From Dicyema japonicum (taxonomy: Eukaryota > Animalia > Dicyemida), in the NCBI GenBank assembly GCA_011109175.1, contig RDEW01000055.1, positions 139,516-203,515 of the forward strand: 64,000 bases of DNA, read 5' to 3'. The notes below the pieces were generated by a model that saw nothing but the letters and a program-made list of their open reading frames with translations, was not told the DNA's origin and searched no databases. A program made the translations under genes and the position numbers. Positions 48,330 to 60,899 of the stretch are shown here, in pieces. Numbering within the stretch: the stretch's first letter is position 1; each line of letters opens with the position of its first letter.

Positions 48330-51200
48330 AAAGAATTAATGCAATTATATACTTTGACCATCAAAGTACTTTGTATTCAATTGGCCAACAAGAGGACGAC
48401 CTAATTCACTTTTAAAAATAATTTTTAATAATTTAAATGATTTATGAAATAATTGATCTCATATTTAAAGGAATTAAGCCAACATTAAAAGAATATAAAC
48501 AAAGATTAATAACAACTTTTGGAATTTGATATGCGGTCTGACTAATTAACCAGCAGTTTAATTGGTCATAAAGGTAAATTAACAAAAAATATATATTTCA
48601 CTAAACTTTCTGTTCCTCTTCATAAAATGTAAACTTATAATACCCTAAATTCGTGTTTACCTTCAATCTATTTTTCAAATATATCAAATACAGTAATCAG
48701 AGTCGAGTTTTGTCTAACATAGTGTTAAGCTCAACTCTTATATTTAAAAGTAACATTCACAATGCAATCATAAATTCAACAAAGTGATCATAACCACTCT
48801 CTGAATCTACCTCATTTTCTCTATTTGATTCCTTACTAAAGACACGTGCAAATACAATGATGTTCACGTGAATTGAACAGAAACTCATTTTTTCAATAAA
48901 ATTTCTAAATTTAGCATTAATATAACAAATCAAAAATATAATTTTATAGTGAACATTGACGTGTTCCCTAAAGTATGTATCTTAACACTTATTTTCTAAC
49001 TCTATTTCAACACAAAATATTATAACAATACATTTAAAAACATTCAAAATTATTCAAAACCTCCATTTGCAATTATCTAATAAGTAAATAATTGATAAAT
49101 TTATGTTTTTTGCCGCCATCATGAATAAAAAGTTTTTTTATTGAAAATAAAACGGAAATTATATTAAATAATGAATTGAAATTAAAAACTTTCATTGAGT
49201 ATTTTCAAAGTACATTTATTGAAAAAAAGTTCAATTTAAAAAAGTAAAGCCTTTATTTCGGATAACATTTTGGTCTTGTAATGATCGAGTTATAAATTAT
49301 ATTCCAAGAAGTAAAATGTTTCGAAGCATGGCATAAATTGCTAAATACCCAGTATTGGACTACACGTCCAAATATTGTCAAATTTATTGAGATACTACGC
49401 ATTGAAAAAAATCAGATTAGATCTTATTTAGATTAAGAAAGGCAATTATTTAATAAAAATCGATGCTGATCACAAAATGAAGCAAAACTGAGATTTTTAG
49501 CGAAAGATGCAAGAATGCTTGCAAGTGTTAAATTCACTTGCTAAAAATAATTTATTATGAATTTAATGATTTATGAAGGTTTCAAAGTATTTAAAAAATT
49601 AATTCCCTAAAAGATAAACGGACAGCATTTTCAAGAAACATGTTATATTTAGTAATTTTTTTGCAACAGAGATATACATATCTGCATTTTCCTTAGAAAT
49701 TAAAAATATTCAAATTTTCAATTTGCAATTATTTACTTGGACCATCAAATCACTTTGTATATAAGAACCAAGTCGATGTTTCGCGGCGTTTTGATAAACT
49801 TAATGAAGGGTTAAAGGATATTTACTATCGGTCTGATTATGAAGAAATTCAAGAGAATAGTGTGAGCAAACAGATAACAATATATATTGAGGAAAAGGAA
49901 AAGGACTGTGACAATTAGGTTTAATCCCATAGTTACTAAAGAGGAAACGAATTGGATAGAGAATGTTTTAATTAGAATTAACCTTTTAAGATAAAAAAAG
50001 AATAATAGTTTTAAACAAATAAATTTATGACCATCAATCCACTGTATCAAATTACTATAATTGTTCTTCAAGAGGACGACCTAAGTCACTTTTTAAAAAT
50101 ATTCATGAAATAATTTAAACCATATTTAAGGAATTAAGCCAACATTAAACAAATATGTAACACAACTGGCTAAGCAGAAACTTGAAGTAACTTAAATTTA
50201 ATTATTTTTTACATGAATATCAACTTTGGAATTTGATGTGTGGTCTGACTAATCAACCTTAAGTTTAATTGGTCAGAAATACAAATTAACAAAATTTATA
50301 TTTCTTTAAATTTATTATTCTCTTCATAAAATATAAACTTACAAATACACATACAGTGGGACAAATTAGTCACGGCAACCATAAGTAAAATCTGATTATT
50401 ATTTATACAAAAAATAATCTTTCTCATTAATTTAAAAAGTTGTTTTATATAATAAAAAGATATATCTGAATTGAGCAAATATGTCATGAGACTTTTTAAC
50501 CATTTAAAAATATTAAATGAAATTTATTGTGAAAAAAAGTCATGGCAACATTAGGTAAAATTACGGACTAATATTTTGTGGGAAGACCATTGTGAAGAAT
50601 CACGACTTTTTATGATTTATAATTAATTTTTATGTCTTGAAAATGTATTATACCATTCTTCCCTGCAAATTGATTTTTAACCAGAAATATTCGTTGGATT
50701 TCGCATTTAATATTAGTCTTTAATTTTTCCAAATATTTTCTATAGGATTAAAGACTTGGCAAATAAGTATATTTACATTGTGATCTTCAGTCCATTTTCT
50801 TGTTATTTTTGAAGTATTTTTAGGGTTAATATCTTGTTGAAATACCTATTCATTTCGGTATAAATTGAGTTTCTTAATGGATTTGAGCAATGTGTTTACT
50901 AGTCAATTATAAATAATTCTTTGAAATTAATATATGAATGACCTATTTAAATCTTAAATATTTTATGTTGAAATATGGCTATATGATGTTATAAAAATTA
51001 AAAATTTTTAATTTATGTAAGGGTTGTCATGACATATAAGTGTTTACCTTTAATCTATTTGTCAACTTTTGTAAAAGTCAAGTTTTTTTATTATCATGGT
51101 GTTAACTTCAGATCTTATATTTATTTTAAAAGTAAAAATCACAATGCAATCAGAAATTACAATACGTGATCAGAATCTCTGTAAGCAACTATTTCATATT
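48330..51200. repeat. AT-rich blocks duplicated locally and shared with the upstream regions of paralogs 1 and 2
   Basis: gtctgactaat..tttaattggtc at about 48535 and 50245 matches the reverse complement of about 25760-25840 and 36550-36610; 48640-48800 recurs at 51040-51180. Confidence 0.6.
49050..49550 (+). mobile_element. MULE transposase C-terminal relic
   Basis: EYFQSTFIE, PLF..FWSCNDRV, EAWHK motifs parallel the 9922-10302 MULE ORF. Confidence 0.6.
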
Positions 51201-51233
51201 CTAAATGTTTTTTTGATAAAGTATATGCTATTA

Positions 51234-52208
51234 TGTCACATGGGCGGCGCGTAACGCATGGGCAGCCTGTTACATTTTTCGACCTTGAAAAGGTCTTTTG
51301 ATTATCCGACATTATTATTATTAATGTCGGATCACTGGGTCAAAAAGAAAGAAATAAAAGTTCTCATCTAACTAAGTGATCCCAGACCGACAAAGGTGAG
51401 GATGAGTCCCTCATTGGATTATCCGACATTTAATTTTATATATCCGATTTATATCGTGATTTAATCCTGTTAAATTAGGATACTTCACTGTAAAGAATGA
51501 GATTATCAGAAAAGTCATTCGAAATTGTAAAGTCTGCAAATTTTCGCGTCCTTTAAAAGTTCGTGATTTTTTATAATTGTAGATTGGAGATCTAAATCAC
51601 CATTTAGATAATTTAAGTGATGAGTGTGCGATTCCAGAACAAATTGACGATTTGGTTAATTGTTCGACTCCAGAATCTATTGAAAAATCACGTAGTTTGA
51701 TTTAAAAAATTTATATCTAGATAATTCCCAGTCAGATAATTTGTTTCCGAATGCGAAGAAATTCAACTTCGAAATTAAATCGATTGAAGAAAATTCGAAT
51801 TATTAAAAAGCTATGAACAGGAAAATGAATGTTCATAATAGTAAATATACTTTTAACATGGGAGATAAAGTATAAATCAAAAACATTAATAAATAGGTTC
51901 GGGTTAAAAAGAACTTTGGAACAAATCCCTCATTGCGACTGGATAAGTTTGAGTCTCAGTATTATCCAGTTGCAGAAATATTAATATTTTATCGAATAAT
52001 CGCGTGGAGGTAGTTTTAAATAGTTTAATTTGATAGATAAAAAATTCGAAAGGAGAAATATCGACTGTATTAATGAGTTGACTAAAAAAAGTTACTTAAA
52101 TTTAATTTTTTTGTGGTTAATAAATCATTTATAAAATTAATTGAAGTTAATCTTGGTTCAAGGTTAATGTAACAGGCTGCCCATAGGTAACGCTTGGCCC
52201 ATGTGACA
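51234..52208 (+). mobile_element. Ginger-like DNA transposon, internally deleted
   Basis: About 42-bp TIRs TGTCACATGGGC...GGGCAGCCTGTTACA; TATTA flanks at 51229-51233 and 52209-52213; internal integrase relic EIIRKVIRNCKVCK. Confidence 0.78.
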
Positions 52209-52235
52209 TATTACCATTGGGTTCACATAAAGTTC

Positions 52236-52560
52236 TCCGCTCGGCGCTATGTGGTGCTGCGTGGCTAATTGGTTGAAGTTTTCTGTTTGTTCGTATGTTT
52301 CTCCTCTTTCTCTTTCTATTAGAGTGGCGTCATGTGATCCAGTGTCTAGGTGGCGTCCAGTACCTGGCTTGCACGAAAAAGGATCATTTGCTCTCCTCCA
52401 CCCCACTGGAGGGGTTTCCATGACTGCAAGTATGGACGTTTTTTACCCTTTATGATGATTCCGGATGGACTCTTTCTGTAAAAGTGGAAATTGGATACAC
52501 TTAACTAGTTGTTAACTTTACTTCTTTCTCGGTGTATCAGGAATTAATAAATTAAATTTA
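52236..52560 (+). mobile_element. SINE family 1 copy C
   Basis: Colinear with 15455-15761; tail cttctttctcggtgtatc followed by (TAAAT)n. Confidence 0.85.
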
Positions 52561-52759
52561 TTAAATTCTAGCGTGATATTTAGCGTGGAAGAGTATTTTG
52601 TTGTAATATGTCTCACAAGGGTTTTGTGAAAGACTGCGTAGAATAAGAAATTTTAAACGATGCTTTGGATAATTAATTTTTCGAAAATCTTCTGAGGCAC
52701 CGAAAATATAGACTTGTTACAAAGATAGAGAATTTTTCTATATTAATGAAAGGTATTGA

Positions 52760-53480
52760 AAATGTGCAATAAACATACAGACTGTATCTTAATTACACTG
52801 AACCAAGTTAGTCACATCCCTGGCTAATGAAACTGAAATGAAACACGTTACGAAATCATTACACAATTTTTTCACACGGAGGAGTAAATAAAATTGAATA
52901 TGAATGTCGACAAAGATACTTTAATGTCAAGAATGAAATTATCAGAACTGGTCAAGTTTGCAAATTTTCATCCTTTAAAAGTTTAAGATTTCTTTAAATT
53001 GTAGACTGGAGATATAAATCACCATGTGTTTGCTTCTTGTCCAAATGAAAGTTTACTGATTGATCTAATAGATCTGAAAAGAATTTCAAAAGTAAATCAG
53101 AATTTCAAATAAATTTTAACGGTCATTGACATATGTAGTATGTCGCCTTTATTTTTTTATAGATTCGCATTTCTCAGACCAATTTTAGTCTGTAAAAGAA
53201 GTGTGTGATTGTTCGACTCCAGAATCTATGAAAATTTACGTAATTCGATTTAAAATCTATATGTAGATAATTCCCACTCAGACAATTTGTTACTGAATGC
53301 GAAAGATTCAACTTGTAAACCAAACCGATTGTAGAAGATTGAGTTATTACAAAGCTATGAACAGGAACATGAATGTTCATAATAATAAATATAATTTTAC
53401 TGTGGGAGATAAAATATGAATTATAACATTAACAAATAAGTTGAAAAGGACTTTAGAATAAATACTTTGTTGCGACTAGA
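52760..53480 (+). mobile_element. Integrase-type (Ginger/Gypsy) relic, paralogous to the interior of 51234-52208
   Basis: LHNFSHGGVNKI...EIIRTGQVCKF (HHCC domain); DNA similarity to 51490-51900. Confidence 0.6.
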
Positions 53481-53509
53481 TTTTGTTAGCCAATTCTGAA
53501 AACTTGGAG

Positions 53510-54200
53510 GAATTCGAGATGCAAGAATTTTGTTACTTAGGACGCGCCTTTATGTTCGATCAAACGCCTTGGTTAAGTCAATCGATGAAAGGATAGGGAG
53601 GATTATAATTGTTGAAACCATCAGCGATATAATGAGTTAGGGTAGTGAGATGTGTTGAGTGAAGGATTGTGACCAAAAGCCATGTTGAAAATCAGGGAAG
53701 GGAAGATATTCCGATATTAGTTTCAATACAACACGTTCAAAAATTTTCGATACTTCAGATAGTAGTGAAATTGGTCTGAAAGATCCCGGATCCGAAGGAT
53801 CTTGTTTGAGTTTCAGGATTAAAATTATTTTTGATTTTTTCTATATTGCAGGACTTGGGCAGTTGTTGATGGACACAGAGATTATGTTTGTTATTTCCTT
53901 GAATCCTTGCATTCCCAGGTGCTTTAAACGCAAAATGCTGATTCCATCAACCCCTTTGGCAGGAGATTTTTTGGCGTTTTAATGAGTTTTTCTACATCAG
54001 ATGTACTGATTTTAATCGGTTTCACCTGAGGAGATTGAACGTTTTGTTTCATCGGTCCAATTTCCTCTTGTTGATTAACTCTGTAATTTCACCATTAAGG
54101 TTGGATAGTTTGGCCGTATAAATTCTTGATTTTTTGAGTCGACGTCTTGTATCTTTTCGATAATTTCCTTAGAGAAGTTAAGATTATTCTGGGGAATTAG
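53510..54200 (-). mobile_element. Degenerate Vingi-like RT fragment
   Basis: LKHLG, DGFNNYNPP, IDLTKAFD-like motifs. Confidence 0.65.
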
Positions 54201-54330
54201 ATTCCAAAAGTCTAAAAAATAAATTTAATAAAATATTTTGTAAGATTGAATTAAAGATTATAATTAATTTATCAATAATTTTCTAATAAATTATATTATA
54301 TAAGACATAATACCGCTAAATAAACATTAG

Positions 54331-55528
54331 ATGGGTTGTATAAATAGTGTAGATTTTCTTGTTGCCCAAAAACGGAGATTTGCTGCTGAAAAGCGATTAA
54401 AAAGCATTGTTAATGAAGTGAAAAGAAATTTTAACATACTTCTACTCGGTATTTTTCCGCATAAACTACAGGTCCTGGTGAATCTGGTAAAAGCACAATC
54501 TTCAAACAAATAAAGCAGATACACGTTACCGAATACACCGAATCAGATCTTTTATCGCACAAGAAAATCGTCCACTCCAATGTTTTCCAGAGCATGGTGA
54601 CCGTACTGATGGCAATGTCTCAGCTCAAAATCAGCTATACTCTTCCAGAAAGTGCTGTTTTGTCAATTTTGTTAATTTCTTTAGGACTATGCCGAACGTC
54701 TACTGTCTCTTCCACAGGGACAAGCGGCACCAAGCTTTGAGAAAATCAGTCCCCTGATTTGCCAGCTTTGGAAAGATGAGGGAGTCAGAGTCTGTGTCTC
54801 TCGTTCTAACGAGTTTCAACTTAATGATTCGGCGGAATAGTAAAGTTTTCTGTGATTTTAGCTACTTTGATTGTTTGGACGAGATTTGTAAGCCAGACTA
54901 CATCCCAACGGTCGATCACGTGCTTAGGACAAGAGTGAAGACAACTGGGCTGACTGATATTCAATTTATCTTTAACAACATTTCCTTCCGGTGATTTCCA
55001 TGGTAACCGCAGAATCCTGGACGTTGGGGGACAAAGATCTGAACGGAAGAAGTGGATACACTGCTTCAGCGATGTGACAGCCGTTTTGTTTGTGGCTTCC
55101 CTGTCCGAGTACAACCTGATGTTGTTGGAGGACCCTACCGTGGTAGTTTTAACATAAAATGCAGAATCGAATGCAAGAGAGTTTGAAGTTGTTTGATTCC
55201 ATCGTTAACAACGATATCTTTAAGGGCAAGTCGGTGATTCTATTTTTGAACAAATACGACATCTTTTTGAAAGTCAAATCATAATGACGCACTCTATTGC
55301 GAGACTTTTCCTGATTTTGAGGGTATTTGGGGGTTTATTAGAGGGGATGACAAGGATGAGTTGGTTGTGAGGGGGTTTATAAAGAGAAAGTTTTTAGACT
55401 GTTGTGATGGGAGACATGTCTACACTCATTACTTGTGTGCTACTGATACTAATAATGTGACTGTCGTGTTTATGGATGTGGTTGATGTCATCACACGGGA
55501 ACATCTTAAATCTGCTGGATTGATTTAG
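54331..55528 (+). CDS. Heterotrimeric G-protein alpha subunit, divergent Gi/o-like, at least 7 exons
   Basis: MGC N terminus, [44 protein letters not shown], ends LKSAGLI*; introns of 23, 28, 22, 22, 22 and about 21 nt; one unresolved +1 shift near 55270-55310. Confidence 0.92.
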
Positions 55529-55989
55529 TCTATTTACTTATTTTGTATTTACTGTCTTTGTGTGCATTTGGGTTAAATATACAACCAGTGGCTGTAAGAA
55601 TTGGATGAACTCGTTTGAATATACTTTATTCATGCGACGCTGGAATTCTTAAGTCGTATAGGGAATCGGATTTATGAACAGTGTGGGCTGCTGGTATTTG
55701 AACGAAACCTTATGTATTAGCTGATAGTAACATATAATTACATGTTAATGCCTCCAACCAATGTGACTATTGTAGTTGATAATAATTGATTAATTTTATA
55801 TGATAAAAAAATCATGACCATGTTTTTGATATTTTGGTTAATTTGATATGTTAATAGTTTTTCATATTATAGACGTCATCGATTTGCCTATTATATTGTC
55901 TAAAGATTTTATAATTTAATGACACGTGCGTATGACCAATGTATAAGTACATTGAATGTCTGTCTCAACATGAATTGAAAAACGCACTT

Positions 55990-56260
55990 TCCTCTTCAAC
56001 TGAATTTTGGAGCCAACTGGTTTGACCGAATAGATGACAAACACCCCGACGGGATGCTAATGGTCGGAACCTGGTTTGGAAGGCTGCTGATACACAATCT
56101 CAGAAAAATTTGGCCGCTTCAGTCTCGAATCTAGGTCATGCTTCTAAGCAGACTGAGGATCAGAAGAGAAGAAAGTAGCAAAGCATTTTGGAGGATCACT
56201 TTTTGTCCATTTGCTGTTGAGACGTCAGGAATCCATGGCCAACATTCTGGGCTTACGAAA
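55990..56260 (+). mobile_element. CRE-like RLE fragment
   Basis: DRIDDKHPDG and FCPFAVETSG-like motifs. Confidence 0.55.
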
Positions 56261-56639
56261 CTTTAAATGTCACAGGGGTTATAGATCGAAATCATCATAC
56301 TACGACATCATTTTATTACTTCAAGAAAATTGTCTCTAAGTTTACTTTGTTCACAAAAATTCAATTGTCGAAAATTATGAAACTTCAAGTAATATATTCT
56401 TGAAATATGAGTAAGTATCCCTTTAGTTAGTAGTTGGAAACTAAAAGAGGAGACATTTTTATTTAAGATCATTCCTCGCTCCTTTATGGACTTGGAATTT
56501 ACTGTTATTGTCGATTGAAAAGTAGTATAGACGTGAATGACGAACTTTTTGAAGGGAGATGGGATCCTTGATTATTACATCACAAAGCAAAATGAAATAT
56601 GAGGAATGAGGTTTCAGGATGAGACTTCAACTGCGGAAG

Positions 56640-57840
56640 GACTTGTATCACTAACGACACTTAGTCAAGCACTAACGACAATAGTCAGTCAATAACGACA
56701 CTTTGTCAATCGAAAACGACAATAGTCAATCAATAACGCAAGAAAATTAATTTTTACAACAATACCAGTTAAACACAAAAAATTATTCATTCATCGATAA
56801 TTTCACTATTAACTTCTCTCATAATGTATTCATTCATCTTCTGAAGTATTCTCCAGTCTTCAGTGTAATCAATTCAAAAGAGATGTCTTAGCTGTAAATC
56901 ATCAATAGCAGCTCCTCTCTTACAGAATTCTTCCATTTGAGAACACATTCTCAATGGATTAAGGAATAGTGAGTATGGAGGAAGATTTAGTATCTTGAGG
57001 TTGTGAGATTGGATTACTCCGTTGAGTCCATTGTAATGGTGAATCCTAGCATTGTCCATGACGAAGTAGGGATCCACAATTCCTTTAGTTGTCCATGACA
57101 AAGTAGGGATCCACAATTCCTACTTCGTCTATAAAGACTATTCGGCTATCCCCAACGTCAAATAAAATTTCTTGGAAATTTGTCCCATATTCCAATCTTG
57201 TCTTAATGATTCTTTCACAATTTCTTCTCTCAGGAACAATGTTGAGAGTTTTCACTGTACTGAAATTCATTTGATGGTGTTTGTACTTACTGATATCTCC
57301 ACTTTTATTTTCAACGCCCCCAAAGTCTTTTCTGATCAGCAGTCAAGATTGTTCTATGATCCCGGCCAAGATTGTTTTTGCAACATTTGATCTTTCCATC
57401 CTTCAATTGTGAAAAAAGAATTGTACATACAGTTCTACGAGGAAGACCCCATAACTCAGAGATATCAGAATTGACAAGATTATTCTTAGTGTTGTTAATA
57501 GCGAGTTCTCTGACTTCATTTGAGATTTTAAGCCTTTTCTTGCAATTGTTTATTTCATTTTCCTGTTTGTTTAATCCGTCATTTGAGGTTGAAATTCGAC
57601 TAAATATAAAAAATCGTTTTTATTCTGCTCCAGTATCGTATTGATTGACTATTGTCGTTATTGATTGACAAAGTATCGATATTGATTGACAAAGTGTCAT
57701 TACTTAAATAAAGTGTGTGTTCTGCACGAGCGAAACCCTAGGAATTTTTCGTGATTATGGCAACGGGGTAGTACTTACTTTAAAAAAGTGTCATTAATGA
57801 TTGACTGACTATAGTCGTTGTTGATTGACGAAGCAATAGG
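56640..57840 (-). mobile_element. IS630-Tc1-mariner superfamily DNA transposon, degenerate
   Basis: IVFIDEVG, VMDNARIHH, LPPYSLFLNP; inverted arrays of AACGACAATAGTCAATCAAT-like subterminal repeats at both ends. Confidence 0.8.
57701..57775 (+). mobile_element. SINE family 2 3' tail (RTE type) inserted in the Tc1-like right terminus
   Basis: ttaaataaagtgtgtgttctgcacgagcgaaaccctagg...cgtgattatggcaac; second half matches the RTE copy 1 3' end. Confidence 0.7.
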
Positions 57841-58832
57841 AAAAACCTATATATTGTCCACTATTGCAATGAGAAAATTTAAGTGAAAAAAGTCATTATT
57901 TTTTGTAGAAATCTGTTTTAAACATGTCTTTGGTGTAAATTGTAATTGATAAGTGTTCTCTTCAAATAAAAATAACAAGGAAGGGTGACTCATCGTGTAG
58001 AGAAAAGATAAGCTTGGTAACTATTAACGGTTCACTTATACGAACACTAAAAGTATCTGAAAAGAATATCTTTCCTTTTAGATGTCGCAAGGTTTTACGA
58101 TTGTATCAGCAAATTATTTTTAACAGATGACTAAGCCCCATGTAATTGTTAGCAAACCTGAATTTTTAATTATGAATTTTATGAGTTTTTTACCACAAAA
58201 CGTAAATGACAGATATTGTATTAATTAATAACTAGAAAAAAGTTGTGGGAACTTCTTAAAACGTGATTCAGTTGAATGAAGAAAAGTAAATGATTTTAAA
58301 TTCCCTCTTGACATGGTTGTCTCTGGAGAGACCACGCTAATTAAACAAATAAATGGATAGAGCATTGAAATAGAAGCTATGGGAATTAGCCCGGGACCAT
58401 TAGCATAGATATTACCTCTCAACCATCAAACTACATTATCTATACTAGGGGACAAATCGATAAGTAAGTTAAAAATCCACGTGTTCTTTAAAATTGTTTA
58501 AAACTTATAAAATGTGATTGTTAATCAAAAATATTGTATCAAAGTTATAAAGTAAAAAATTTCAAAATTTTGGAAAGTGTCAATCAAGTCGAATTTTAAT
58601 TTTATGTAAATAAAGTCAAAATTTTTATTTTTTTAATTTTGAACAAACGATTTATTAACAAAAAAGAAATATTTAGATAGTCAATCCTTCGCAGACTGAA
58701 TTGTGTATGTGTTCTACGTATTTAATTAAAAAATACTGACGTGTCATCATCTGTTATGTTCAATCAAGCAGGTCATTGTAAAGGTTAAGCCTGTTATTGG
58801 AAAATATCCTGGTGAATTTTTTTATTATTAAT

Positions 58833-58933
58833 GTGTCCCATGCGGTCACCCAGCCAAGTACTAACACAGTGTATAACCGCTTAACTTCCATGACGGATGA
58901 GAACGGGTGCTTACGGCCAAATATGATCGAGCC
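58833..58933 (-). rRNA. 5S rRNA-derived sequence, 3'-truncated (probable pseudogene)
   Basis: Reverse complement contains cacccgttctcatccg..ggaagttaagc...gttagtacttggctgggtgaccgcatggga (internal control region boxes); the last about 15 nt of 5S and the oligo-T terminator are missing. Confidence 0.8.
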
Positions 58934-59230
58934 TGGTGGCATAGTGGTTAGGTGTCGGGCTAAAGTGACTTAGGTTACGGGTTCGTTCTCGCTGCTGTTC
59001 ACCTGGTGGAAGGTTCCACGCATCTACGATGCTAAAAGGGTTTGACGAGTGACGCCGTCATCAGTGGATACTCACTGCATAACTGGATTGTCTAGAAAGG
59101 ACCCACACACAAGAAAAAGAAAAAAACAAGTGAAGATCACACCTTGGTTCTACGATTAGTTAAAATTAACTGTTCTTTACTTAAATAAAGTGTGTGTCCT
59201 GCCTATGCGGAGCTATAAATATTATGGCTC
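58932..59230 (+). mobile_element. SINE family 2, full length
   Basis: Box A TGGCATAGTGG, degenerate box B GGTTCGTTCTC; body and tail shared with five other copies. Confidence 0.85.
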
Positions 59231-60899
59231 TCGTGAAAAGGCTGTTGTTATTATTAATAAGTGTTCAGGGACGAAAAAGAAATATGAATTTTATTTTGTA
59301 ATCAAATCATTATAATTTAGTCGTTGTACATATTAATGATAATAGTGAACAATTGGTCATACATTGGCTGCCATGACTGCGTGGCTATTCCCTCTCAGGA
59401 TGGCAAGAAAATTGACTCAAATTTCTGGCTATGACGACTCAAATTTATAAATTTATGGTTAAATAAATAAAAAACTCAAATTTATGGTTAAATAAATAAA
59501 AGTTACACTGACAGTAAAAGCATACGGTAAGTTTCATAAACGATAATCCATCTTTTAAGCTCTAAAATTATGTATCAACAACTTGAAATCGACCTTCAAA
59601 TTGCATAAGTCCTCTAAAATTTCTGAATACTTCACAAATGAAGCATTTTTGTAATAATGTATAATAACTGGAAATTGCTGACATTCGTTGCACATCTGAG
59701 AAATGATAATCAAGCCCTGTCTTGCAAATTTATATTTGTGTTGACATGTGGAGGCAAACCAACAATTTGATTAATCTGCAAGTCATTTGTCATCATAAGC
59801 TTCGAAAAATCTCATAATTTAAGCAAACAGATAGAATCTAAAAATAATAACAACAAAGACCTGCTTAGTCACCTACATTGAGAATAAAAACAACATTTCC
59901 ATAATCAGAGCTAATCCATCCCAATAGGAATTAATTTTTTTATAAAAAGTGCGTTCGTACGTATCCAAATGACAAGATCCACAACTGTTTCTGAAACATT
60001 CCTCATGTTAATAAATGAGATTATCTTGATGAATTAAACGAAAGATCAATGGACATTATTTGTGATCCCATTTATAAACCGAAAAGCCAGACTTTATGCC
60101 CACCATAACTGAGCTCATCTGTAAATAGAAATCTTGTTGGAAATTTTAATTTATTTTCTTTAATAATTTGAAAATTTTCTAAGAAAACATATATTTCTTT
60201 TGCACATCAATGAAATGAGGACAAATAAATTCTTCAAAAACCCTCATGTTCAGTTATATCTCTTATAAATACTACAAGTTTTTCCAAGACATCATTCGAG
60301 CAGTCAAACGCAAAGGATAACTTTGAAGCTCTAAATTCTGCAAAATTATAAACATATGTACTCTGGTAATTGTATAGACTTTTTGACATTAATTCCACTG
60401 AGTGATGCTCTTTTCTATAGTCAAATTGAACTATGAAACACTCATCGGCAAAAAATTTGAATCACTTTCTTATCCAGTTCTCTGCTTTTCCACTAACGTT
60501 GATAACAAAAATTGAATTTCCAACTTTTTAAAATGCCTTTATTTTCTACATTGATTTTACGACAACTCTTGTTGTAAGAAGACATGATGAACATAACAAG
60601 TTATTTTAATTAAAAAAATTAATTATTATATTATTTAAAAATAAAAATAACAGAAATATAAAGACGTAAGATGGATCCCAGAGACCGAATTTGAGAACCT
60701 TTGCTCTAGCACATCTGAGAATATCACCATCAACAATCTTTGAAACAAGAAGATAGATAGCACAGGCGTAGCACTGGATTTAGTCTCATCTCGGCCGTAG
60801 CGTGGAAATGAGCTACTTGAAATGACAGAGACGATGTTCATCCAATTTCGCCACTATTAACCAAAACTTTAATGATCCAAAAGACTTATCGTAGAATTG

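Noticed and set aside
52608-54312. Third TIR element bounded by TAATA|TGTCT ... AGACA|TAATA
   Set aside because: Terminal complementarity is only about 5-9 bp in very AT-rich DNA and does not extend inward.
55261-55320. Treating G-alpha and protease paralog 1 frameshifts as proof of pseudogenisation
   Set aside because: Several shifts fall in homopolymer runs typical of long-read consensus errors and need read-level checking.
59500-60600. Coding-like minus-strand stretch
   Set aside because: No recognisable domain and no consistent exon model; may be an unannotated gene.
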